Source: a virus. Taken from it: a DNA stretch of 64,000 nt. A model generated the notes under the pieces. It was not told the origin of the DNA. It did not search any database and was given only the letters and a program-made list of their open reading frames with translations. Position numbers and translations under genes: made by a program. Within the stretch, counting starts at the first letter, position 1. Each line of letters opens with the position of its first letter. The stretch lies in the IMG/VR virus record IMGVR_UViG_3300036832_000786, positions 32,001 to 96,000 of that record; one strand, written 5' to 3'. Positions 56,408-64,000 of the stretch are shown here, piece after piece.

Positions 56408-57457
56408 ATGTACGCTCATCAGATGGCGAGCGCGGTAAACGGCGGGTGGCCAACCCTCGACCGTGCCTACAGTTACACCGATGCCGCAGACGGTAGTGTT
56501 CGTACCGTGGACTCTGCGGGTGCCTTTTTGGTGAACGAACTGGAACGGCTCGACCCGACCTTGCACATGCCGCTGGCGGCGGTGACTTGGTCGCGTGACA
56601 TCGATCTTCGCGAAGATGTCACGATCGCGGATGAGTCGGCGAGCTTCACCAACAGTACCTTTGCCGCGCCCGGCGGTATTGTTCCCGCCGGTATTAACTG
56701 GGGCGGTAAGGTGTCAACCGCGATCGCCGGTATCGCCACCGATATCAATAAGACCGCGCAGCCGTTGAACCTCTGGGAAATGGAACTCAAATACTCCATC
56801 CCGGAACTCGAGTCCGCGATCAAGGTCGGCCGACCTATTGATCAGCAAAAGTTTGAGGGATTAAACCTCAAACATCAAATGGACATCGATCAGGTTGTGT
56901 ACGTGGGTGACTCCACGATGCAGATGACCGGGTTCTACAACAACGCGAGTATCACGGTGAATACCGCCGTGGCGGGCGGTGGCGGCTCGACCAAGTGGTC
57001 GGGTAAGACACCGGCAGAAATCCTCGCCGATGTGAACACGGTTCTGACCAACACCTGGGCCGCGAGCGGTTACTCGGTGATCCCCGATCGCTTGATTGTT
57101 CCCCCGGCGCAGTACGGTGTCCTGATCTCGCAGGTTGTCAGTGCCGCTGGTAACATTTCGACCTTGAAGTTCCTCGAAGAGAACAACCTCGCTGCGCAGC
57201 GCGGTGGCAAGCTCGAAATCTATCCGTGCAAGTGGGGCATCGGCATGGGTGCCGGTGGTACACCGCAGGTATTGGGCACTGTCGATCGGATGATCGCCTA
57301 CAGCAAAGACCCGCTGCGGGCGCGCTACCCGATGACACCGCTGCAAAAGACGCCGATCCAATACCAGGGCATATATCACGTTACAACCTACTACTGCCGC
57401 CTGGGGCAGATGGAAGTGATATACCCGTCCACCTTCAGCTACCTCGACGGCATCTAA
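56408..57457 (+). CDS. major capsid protein (DUF2184 family)
   Basis: DSAGAFLVNELERLDPTLHMPL..VTWSRDIDLREDV, GRPIDQQK, MDIDQVVYVGD, YLDGI C-terminus. Confidence 0.93.
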   Translation: MYAHQMASAVNGGWPTLDRAYSYTDAADGSVRTVDSAGAFLVNELERLDPTLHMPLAAVTWSRDIDLREDVTIADESASFTNSTFAAPGGIVPAGINWGGKVSTAIAGIATDINKTAQPLNLWEMELKYSIPELESAIKVGRPIDQQKFEGLNLKHQMDIDQVVYVGDSTMQMTGFYNNASITVNTAVAGGGGSTKWSGKTPAEILADVNTVLTNTWAASGYSVIPDRLIVPPAQYGVLISQVVSAAGNISTLKFLEENNLAAQRGGKLEIYPCKWGIGMGAGGTPQVLGTVDRMIAYSKDPLRARYPMTPLQKTPIQYQGIYHVTTYYCRLGQMEVIYPSTFSYLDGI

Positions 57458-57514
57458 ACGGAACCGTCACTGAGGGTTACGGGTTAGCAGGTTAGTCACT
57501 AAGGAGGGCTGGTC

Positions 57515-58042
57515 ATGCCTGATACGGTTTTTGTCACCAACCGCACGGTTGTGCAGTTGCCCGCGACACCCGACAACCCGGATGGTGGCGTGGTGGTGTT
57601 GGAGCCGGGACTCAACGAGGTGCCGGACTACGCAGCGAAGGCACCGTTCCTCGTCAATCTGGCGCGTGTCTCCGCGCCCGAAGTCAAGCAGGCTCAGGCT
57701 GACGCTGAGGCTGCGAAGAAGGTTCTTGAGTCACAAGCACAGGCTTCTCAAGCGGTTGCCGAGGCACAGAAGGCGAACCTTGACGCCAAGATGAAGGCGG
57801 GCGAGGATTGGGCCGGAAAACGTCAAGCGGCGATGGATAAAGGGTTACCGTTCGCTGAGCCGCACCCCGATCCGGTGACCGAACAGTCTATTGTGCTGAC
57901 CTCGCCGCCGCACGTTTACTCTGCCGCCGGGTTTATCGGCAAAGCCGAGCCGCTTGGTGGTGGTGCCGGTGGTGCGGCGCAACACGCGCCCCGTGTCACA
58001 CCCGACACTGGTGAACATCACGGGGGCCGCGCCACCAAGTAG
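57515..58042 (+). CDS. hypothetical virion-associated protein
   Basis: AAGGAGG SD; LEPGLNEVPDY.A..PF typical of the post-capsid gene. Confidence 0.6.
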   Translation: MPDTVFVTNRTVVQLPATPDNPDGGVVVLEPGLNEVPDYAAKAPFLVNLARVSAPEVKQAQADAEAAKKVLESQAQASQAVAEAQKANLDAKMKAGEDWAGKRQAAMDKGLPFAEPHPDPVTEQSIVLTSPPHVYSAAGFIGKAEPLGGGAGGAAQHAPRVTPDTGEHHGGRATK

Positions 58043-58240
58043 GTGACCAATGGCTGATGTGACGGATTACACCCAAATTTATCTGTCACCGTCCTGTGAG
58101 AAGTGTAAGGGTGAAGAGCGGACTTGGTGTCAGTCGGACGTGTACGATCCATGCCCGGAGTGCGGTCGGGTATCGACTTGTTACCTTGCGGCTGACCAAG
58201 TCCACGCGCTGATGGAACAGGTGAGGCAGGCGGGTTTCTG

Positions 58241-58387
58241 ATGGCCGATTTGACCAACCGTGAAGAGCGCGTCCGCCAGCGTGCCGAGGAACTTTGGCGG
58301 GAAGCGGGTCAGCCCCAAGGCCGCGACGAAGAGTTCTGGCGAGAGGCTGAGAAGGAGATCGACGCGGACCCATCACCGGAGGTGTGA
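58241..58387 (+). CDS. DUF2934-family small protein
   Basis: REERVRQRAEELWREAGQPQGRDEEFWREAEKEI; below the ORF-track length cutoff. Confidence 0.75.
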   Translation: MADLTNREERVRQRAEELWREAGQPQGRDEEFWREAEKEIDADPSPEV

Positions 58388-58388
58388 C

Positions 58389-59006
58389 ATGCCGCTGACC
58401 CCGAAGGGTACCAAAATTATGTCCTCGATGAAGGAACAATATGGTTCCGAAAAGGGTGAGAGCGTGTTCTACGCATCGAAAAACAAGGGAAAGATTACCG
58501 GTGTTGACAGTACCAAGGTGACTCATTCCCGCTCGATACCGGGGTTAGGGAGAACCACAGTGACACATACCAATGATGTCGAACAACAGATCACTGGCGC
58601 TCTCCCGGTTCCCGAACGTCACAAGGATTTGCTGGGCGAGGTGTCCGAACCGGAAACCACACCGCGTGGTCCGATGGTTGAAGCTAAACCGCCGGAAAGA
58701 AACAAGAATGCCGGTGATGCTGGCAATATCGTCAAGGGTGATCCTGGCCCGCCGCCGCTGTCATCTATGTTCAATCCCAAAAAGCTGGGTGACGCCAAAA
58801 AGAAGTCCGAGGATCAGTCCAGCACCTTTTTGAATGTGCAATCCGGCGCGGCAATGAACAATCTGGGCGGGAACATCCCGACACCTAATATCAGTGCCAC
58901 GCCGGGCGCGCCGTCGAGTTCCTCGACCACACCACCGGTTTCGACCGGTGATTCTTTGCGTGCGATGAACGTTGCCAATCGGCAGTTTTGGTCACGCAAG
59001 CGGTAA
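58389..59006 (+). CDS. hypothetical phage protein
   Basis: GGAGG SD; MPLTPKG.KI...M..QYG..KG..VFYAS.NKG.ITGVD; C-terminal MNVANRQFW resembles the scaffold C-terminus. Confidence 0.65.
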   Translation: MPLTPKGTKIMSSMKEQYGSEKGESVFYASKNKGKITGVDSTKVTHSRSIPGLGRTTVTHTNDVEQQITGALPVPERHKDLLGEVSEPETTPRGPMVEAKPPERNKNAGDAGNIVKGDPGPPPLSSMFNPKKLGDAKKKSEDQSSTFLNVQSGAAMNNLGGNIPTPNISATPGAPSSSSTTPPVSTGDSLRAMNVANRQFWSRKR

Positions 59007-59046
59007 AACGGCGATGGAAACCAGTGAACTGATCTCGCATCGCCGT

Positions 59047-59121
59047 CCATGCCTGCCGGGTCGCGTCCCGCCATGCCAAGCCAAGCCTTGTCGGGTCATA
59101 CCGGGCCATGCCCCGTCTGCC
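59047..59121 (-). repeat. 5-nt periodic G(G/A)Y-NN tract
   Basis: Minus strand reads GGC A GAC gg GGC at GGC cc GGT at GAC cc GAC aa GGC tt GGC tt GGC at GGC gg GAC gc GAC cc GGC A GGC. Confidence 0.65.
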
Positions 59122-59173
59122 TGGGTACTTTATCCCGTTTGGGTCACGGCACGCAAGCGTTAGGGAGAGTATC

Positions 59174-59401
59174 ATGGCGAAACCAAAGGCGGGAGTTCCC
59201 GTCGTCATTAGGGGCGTGATGTCGAACACCGCCCCCGTTTACGAATATGATATCATTGTGATGACCGGCAATTCACCTAATGTTGAAGAGTTGCTGGCGC
59301 AGCTTAATGAGTTGGGGAGCCAGGGCTGGCACATGGTCAGCACGGGGGGGGGGCGGTACATCTTTATGGAGCGTCCGAGAGTGGATACGCCAGAGGGCTA
59401 A
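59174..59401 (+). CDS. DUF4177-like small protein
   Basis: YEYDII...EELLAQLNELGSQGWHMV...YIFMERP. Confidence 0.6.
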   Translation: MAKPKAGVPVVIRGVMSNTAPVYEYDIIVMTGNSPNVEELLAQLNELGSQGWHMVSTGGGRYIFMERPRVDTPEG

Positions 59402-59404
59402 GAC

Positions 59405-59779
59405 ATGACTGTCACCTATATCAATTCGCTTAAAGACACGCGGATGACCAGTGTCATCACGGCGTTTGATGCGGGCGCGTCGTTTGCCACACTGGAAATC
59501 TGCACGGCAGCTTATGCCACGGTGTTGTGCATCATCACGCTGAGCAAGCCGTCCTTTACCGAGGCGTCCCAAGCGATCACAATGGCAGGCGTTCCCAAGA
59601 GCGGCACTGCGAGTGCTTCCGGCACGGCGGCAGCGGCTAGGATCAAGGACAGTAACGCCAACGTCGTTGTCAACAACCTGACGGTTGGTACTTCGGGTAG
59701 TGACATCAACCTGAACAGTACCTCGATCACCAACGGGCAGACGGTGACAATTACCGCCGGGACCATCACGCACGGGTGA
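59405..59779 (+). CDS. virion structural protein
   Basis: Small, Thr/Ser/Ala-rich: ASASGTAAAARIKDS...VGTSGSDINL..TSIT.GQTVTI. Confidence 0.7.
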   Translation: MTVTYINSLKDTRMTSVITAFDAGASFATLEICTAAYATVLCIITLSKPSFTEASQAITMAGVPKSGTASASGTAAAARIKDSNANVVVNNLTVGTSGSDINLNSTSITNGQTVTITAGTITHG

Positions 59780-59782
59780 CGC

Positions 59783-60151
59783 ATGACTTGGGTCCGCTCC
59801 GGATTTTGCATTCGTTGCGGTGAATGCTGTTACGGCGATCCGTTTCTGAGTGACGCCGCCGATCCGCGTATCAGTCCGGCGATGCGCGAGCCGCCGCAGC
59901 GTATGGGTTGGTGTCCGTTACTGCGTTTCCACGAAGGTGACCCAAAGGGAAACACCACCTGTATCGGTCACATAGGCGAAGTCCCGGCTGGCCAGGAAGA
60001 CCCTTACTACATGAGCGGGTGCAATGTCTGGCCGGACCATCCCGATCAGATACGCGATTATCCGTCTTGCACCTACACGTTCGAATGGGTCGATCTGCCG
60101 CCGATCACCGGCTCACTCACCGTTTCTGATCCTGGTGACGAACTGGCCTAA
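59783..60151 (+). CDS. CxxCxxCC (YkgJ-like) Zn/Fe-S protein
   Basis: CIRCGECC...CPLL...C...C..WP. Confidence 0.6.
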   Translation: MTWVRSGFCIRCGECCYGDPFLSDAADPRISPAMREPPQRMGWCPLLRFHEGDPKGNTTCIGHIGEVPAGQEDPYYMSGCNVWPDHPDQIRDYPSCTYTFEWVDLPPITGSLTVSDPGDELA

Positions 60152-60153
60152 AC

Positions 60154-61266
60154 ATGGCCATAAAGACACTCTATCTTCTCAATACCGCTGCGGCCACGCC
60201 GAATTGGAATGGCAGTATCCAAGACGGCGGCACCGCGCCGACCGGTGCCAATGCGGCCTTTGGCTGGGGGCCAGCTAAGACCGCTGTCACGACACCGTAT
60301 TTTCAGGGGCGTATCGGTGCGACGGCGACTGTTACTACCGCTTCAGCGTCTTCGTATATTTCGGGGGCCAGTGCGCCGCTAGTCGGTACTGGCAACAGTG
60401 TTACCACGGCAAGCGACAGTTTTGTCAGTCCCACGCCTTATACCGGTGTCTTCGCCAGCGGTAACTGGACGTTTAATTTTGGCTTTCGCGAAACTACGGC
60501 GGGTGTAACTGGACATGTCAATTTCCGAGTGTGGGCGGGCACCAATCCAAATGGTACGGGGGCACGGTCACTAGCGGCGATCCAGACTGGTTCGACAATC
60601 ACACTTTCGTCTAGCACGACCACATACACCTCGACAGCAACCTGGGCCGCGCCGCAGATCACCCTCAACAATGAATATTTGTTTATTCAGGTCGAATGGC
60701 AAGAAACCACCGCTGGAACGGCCAATAATAACAATGCCTTTTTCTACCAGTCGGGTTCAACGATTGTCACTACCGATTTCCAGGCGACGATCACCGGTAC
60801 GCTGGGCGCGACCGATATTATTGATGTCTCCAGCATGGCGGGTAGGGGTAACGCTTTTGGTCCGTTAGCCTCGACCGAAGCGTTTGACGTTGCGGCTTTC
60901 GCAGGCGGTCCCGACACCGCGCAGTTTGCCGGTGGCCCGGTTATCGGTGTGGTGCTCGACGCGACCGAAGAGGGTGACACTGCGCAGTTTGTCGGCGGTG
61001 TCTACGGAACTGGTGTCCTCGATGTCACTGATCAGCCAGATGTTGTTACTATTCAGGGTGCGGTCCATTCCCATAATTCGGTGTCTGGCGTGCCCGGTGT
61101 GATACCGGAGGTGCCCTATGACCGATACACCTACGAGATCAATTCTCGCGTGGCCGCGTCTGGTTCTGGGGGCCGCAGCATGGGTAGTGGTAGCGATGAT
61201 CGTGTGGTTGGTGGTAGTAATGGTGGGCGTGTAGTAGCCGTTCCCCCGTTGAGGAGGGCAGCATAA
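60154..61266 (+). CDS. Thr/Ala-rich virion structural (head fibre-like) protein
   Basis: Beta-rich composition; L.ATE..D.A.F.G repeats. Confidence 0.6.
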   Translation: MAIKTLYLLNTAAATPNWNGSIQDGGTAPTGANAAFGWGPAKTAVTTPYFQGRIGATATVTTASASSYISGASAPLVGTGNSVTTASDSFVSPTPYTGVFASGNWTFNFGFRETTAGVTGHVNFRVWAGTNPNGTGARSLAAIQTGSTITLSSSTTTYTSTATWAAPQITLNNEYLFIQVEWQETTAGTANNNNAFFYQSGSTIVTTDFQATITGTLGATDIIDVSSMAGRGNAFGPLASTEAFDVAAFAGGPDTAQFAGGPVIGVVLDATEEGDTAQFVGGVYGTGVLDVTDQPDVVTIQGAVHSHNSVSGVPGVIPEVPYDRYTYEINSRVAASGSGGRSMGSGSDDRVVGGSNGGRVVAVPPLRRAA

Positions 61267-62024
61267 TGGCAGCGGCATTTGGCTCGATCAAGCCTGCCCC
61301 GGCGTCCGACTTCTTTGTCTTCGACTTCACCCAGCAAATCGGCCCGATGGGCGGTACGATCACCGCCGCCATATGGACGGTGACGATCGACCCGTCGTCA
61401 CCGATATCCGATCCCGATCCGACGAGCCGCATCCTGCAAACGCCGACCTATTCCAGTACAAAGACATCGGCGATGCTGGGCGAGATGATCGACGGTGTCT
61501 ATTATATCATCAACGCCGAGGTGACGCTCAGTGACGAACGGGTGCTCCTCGATTCGGCCACCCTTCAGTGCACGTCGAAGGAGGCGGCCGACGCCACGCT
61601 GACGGTCGGCCAATTCCGCATCAACTTCCCGGCGTTTGCCGACACCGCACGGTTTACTGACGGTGAGGTGCAGTACTGGATCAATCAAGCCTGCCAGCCG
61701 CCCAATACGACACCAGCGATCAATCAATACCGCTGGGGGCAATTTTATCAGCTTGGCTTGCAGCTATGGGTGGCGCATAATCTGGCCGTTCAGGATATGC
61801 TCAACCAGCGGGCGGGATTTCCGGGGATGCCCGGTGCGACGTATATGTCGACCCCGCTGACAGGTTCTGGTGTCGCGAGTTCTAAGTCGGTCGATGGTGT
61901 CAGTTTGAGTTACGACAACCAGATCGGCATGGAACATGACGCGGGATGGTGGGGTATGACACCGTGGGGGAACCAGTTCCTCTACTACCTGCGGATGGCA
62001 GGCGCAGCCCCAATCCAGTTGTGA
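61266..62024 (+). CDS. DUF4054 head-tail adaptor with N-terminal adaptor domain
   Basis: FRINFPAFAD, LWVAHNL, SSKSVDGVSLSYD, WWGMTPWGNQF. Confidence 0.85.
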   Translation: MAAAFGSIKPAPASDFFVFDFTQQIGPMGGTITAAIWTVTIDPSSPISDPDPTSRILQTPTYSSTKTSAMLGEMIDGVYYIINAEVTLSDERVLLDSATLQCTSKEAADATLTVGQFRINFPAFADTARFTDGEVQYWINQACQPPNTTPAINQYRWGQFYQLGLQLWVAHNLAVQDMLNQRAGFPGMPGATYMSTPLTGSGVASSKSVDGVSLSYDNQIGMEHDAGWWGMTPWGNQFLYYLRMAGAAPIQL

Positions 62025-62164
62025 CATGGAACAGCGCACAGTCCTGACGATCAACGTCCTCAGAGCTTTGAAGGCGTTTTGGATCGCACAACCGGGTCAG
62101 ATCGAGGAAGCGAACGCTCTACGGGAACTTTACCGTGCGCTCGATGCTTACTTAGGAGGTGACA

Positions 62165-62500
62165 ATGAGTCCAACAATGGCAAAGAAACTTCAACGTAAC
62201 ATCGACTATCACGCGTCGATGGCGGAACATTACCAAGGTAAGGTGGACGATAAAAAGAAGAATGGAGAGTCACCGCCAAAGGAAAACAGTCGCAGTACCA
62301 AGCCAACCGCCTCCGCGCAGCCGCCGCAGACTGACCAGGATCAGGTGTTGGCCGAGCTTCACGCGGGTGTCGTGGAACAGCTTATGCCCATTTTGAAGGC
62401 GGGGGTGGAACTGGATGCCATCGCGACCGCGCAACAGAGTATGCCGGTACAGCGCAACCTCAGTGGTGACCTGAAGCCTTCGGCGGGCCGGTTACACTAG
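62165..62500 (+). CDS. hypothetical protein
   Basis: GGAGG SD before ATG. Confidence 0.5.
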   Translation: MSPTMAKKLQRNIDYHASMAEHYQGKVDDKKKNGESPPKENSRSTKPTASAQPPQTDQDQVLAELHAGVVEQLMPILKAGVELDAIATAQQSMPVQRNLSGDLKPSAGRLH

Positions 62501-62501
62501 G

Positions 62502-63089
62502 ATGGCGCAGGGTCGGCGGGTCAACGCGCACCTGGAAGTGCTTGTGGACAACCATCAAATGGTGGCCGATGCAATCAAGCGACTGGCCAATACTACCGTT
62601 ATGGTCGGTATCCCGTCCGATCAGGAACAACCGCACTTTGACGAAAAAGGCAGTCAAGCCAAGGGAACCGAAAAGCGCACCGACACCCCGGCAGGGATCG
62701 GCAACGCCAACATCGGGTACATCCACGAAACGGGGGCGGGGAATGTTCCGCCGCGTCCCTGGCTTAGCCCCGGTGTCAGAAACAACCAACGACAATGGAT
62801 AGCCTATATGCGGCGGGCCGGTGTCTTGTCATTCCAGGGTAAGCCGGATGCGGCAGACAAGGCGTGGCACGCGGCGGGGATGAACGCGGTGGACGGGGTC
62901 AAGGATCGTATCCAATCCAACATCCCGCCGCCACTGTCGGAGGTGACGGTGGCGCGCCGTCGTCAGCGTTCGGCCGGTAGCAGTTACCGGCGAAAGGCGA
63001 CAACCGCCAACGAAACCACCGCGCTTATTGACACTGCCCAGTTGATAAATAGTGTCTCGTATGTAGTTCGGCACAGAGGAAAAAACTGA
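62502..63089 (+). CDS. neck / tail-completion protein
   Basis: VMVGIP, NANIGYIHE.G...VPPRPWL.PG, PPPLS..TV..R, LIDTAQL..SVSYVVR. Confidence 0.8.
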   Translation: MAQGRRVNAHLEVLVDNHQMVADAIKRLANTTVMVGIPSDQEQPHFDEKGSQAKGTEKRTDTPAGIGNANIGYIHETGAGNVPPRPWLSPGVRNNQRQWIAYMRRAGVLSFQGKPDAADKAWHAAGMNAVDGVKDRIQSNIPPPLSEVTVARRRQRSAGSSYRRKATTANETTALIDTAQLINSVSYVVRHRGKN

Positions 63090-63520
63090 TGCCAAGTTTG
63101 GACGTGACAGAGGCTTTTGATGTCTCGTTCTGGGATCAGATCGTGGTGATCCGCCGGGTGGCGACTGTCGGTGCCAAGGGTCGGGTGACAACCAAAGATA
63201 CGCCAATGTCGGCATTGGCAGTAGTCACCGCAGCGTCACCAGTTGATCTACAGAGGGTGCCCGAATGGGGGATGATGAACAAGACGATCTCGCTCTACAC
63301 CCCGTTCCGCTTGCAGGGACCGGCCACCGATGAAGCGGGAAATGTCACTCATCCCGATGAGATACTGTGGTGTAACTCCCTGTATATCGTCAATTTCCTG
63401 GAGGATTACTCGCGGTACGGACGCGGTTTTGTCCACGCGGTAGCTACCTCGAAACACAATGTGGACTACGCGCCGACCCCGCTGCCCATCCCGATACCGA
63501 CACCGATAGGAACTGCGTGA
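63089..63520 (+). CDS. head-closure / head-tail joining protein
   Basis: LDVTEAFD, DLQRVPE, PDEILW...Y.V...DYSRYG.GFV; position in the neck module. Confidence 0.75.
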   Translation: MPSLDVTEAFDVSFWDQIVVIRRVATVGAKGRVTTKDTPMSALAVVTAASPVDLQRVPEWGMMNKTISLYTPFRLQGPATDEAGNVTHPDEILWCNSLYIVNFLEDYSRYGRGFVHAVATSKHNVDYAPTPLPIPIPTPIGTA

Positions 63521-64000
63521 TGGCGTTTGTCACCGACAGCCGGTTAGCGGGATATCTGGGTCCGGCGTCACCGGGGCCGGAACCGACCGAAGACGATACC
63601 TGGGAAGACTTCCTGCATGATGTCTTTGCCGGTATCACCGGGCTGCCTGATGATATGGTGCGGCCACGCTGGCAAGAGGAACCGCCACTGCGGCCGGATA
63701 TTGGTGTTGATTGGATGGCGTTTGGCACCCAATCGACGCGCACCGATTTCGCCCCGGTGACGATCCATTTCGACAATATTGGTGACGGTTACGACGCGAT
63801 GCAGGAAATGGAGGAACTCGACATCCTGTGTTCGTTCTATGGACCCAATGCCGAGAAGTACCAAAGCTACCTGCGGCGCGGTTTGTATGTTGATCAGAAT
63901 CAATCGGTATTTCGTGCGAATGCTGTCGGTATGGTGTCCACGACCGGGTTCACCCGCGCGGCGGAATTCTTCAAGGAACGCTGGTGGCCGCGCAGTGACA
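63520..64000 (+). CDS. tail terminator / neck protein (partial)
   Basis: Manual translation MAFVTDSRLAGYLGP...GITGLPDDMVRPRWQEEPP...DWMAFG...LCSFYGPNA; open at the window edge. Confidence 0.75.
   Translation, partial: MAFVTDSRLAGYLGPASPGPEPTEDDTWEDFLHDVFAGITGLPDDMVRPRWQEEPPLRPDIGVDWMAFGTQSTRTDFAPVTIHFDNIGDGYDAMQEMEELDILCSFYGPNAEKYQSYLRRGLYVDQNQSVFRANAVGMVSTTGFTRAAEFFKERWWPRSD

Noticed and set aside
46790-62300. Additional weak array-like units at ~46900, ~53780 and ~62270
   Set aside because: Only one of the two repeats matches, or the spacing is wrong; compatible with chance.
1-64000. tRNA or rRNA genes
   Set aside because: No cloverleaf with a T-loop GTTCRA and matching acceptor stem, and no rRNA-like segment, was recognised by eye; tRNAscan-SE would be decisive.

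Overview
The window is about 64 kb of a temperate tailed dsDNA phage genome (roughly 58-60% GC by eye). The host is probably an alphaproteobacterium, judging from GcrA-like and DUF3309 genes. Left to right: (1) a partial DnaB-like helicase on the minus strand; (2) an accessory/lysogeny block with a methyltransferase-like gene, a DUF5131 gene, two AlpA-type regulators, an RHH regulator, a candidate attP and a tyrosine integrase; (3) a self-contained replication/recombination module: primase, sigma-like factor, beta clamp, UDG-PolA fusion, clamp loader, UvsY-like, SSB, RecA, intein-containing SbcD, SbcC and a resolvase; (4) packaging and head genes: TerS, TerL, DUF1073 portal, MuF, a 1.6-kaa polyvalent protein, DUF2213 protease, scaffold, DUF2184 capsid and neck genes. 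The outstanding unannotated feature is a dispersed dual-repeat array system. About 85-90 hand-counted ~36-nt units of the form A(A/G)(C/T)CA-N9-A(C/T)AGA(C/A)ACA-N9-A(G/A)(T/C)G lie in about 14 plus-strand sub-arrays filling intergenic space from 24.6 to 44.0 kb, and single units sit inside the giant ORF. This 9-9-9-9 architecture matches TIGR (tandem interspaced guide RNA) arrays, but no Nop-domain Tas gene is visible in the window. The arrays are fused to the stop codons and ribosome-binding sites of neighbouring phage genes. Other hidden signals are a G(G/A)Y-NN pentamer tract, an RVx(I/L)(E/D) peptide motif shared by about 12 unrelated proteins, recurring head-cargo motifs, and strong GTNAC enrichment. 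All protein calls come from motif recognition by eye; no database searches were run.
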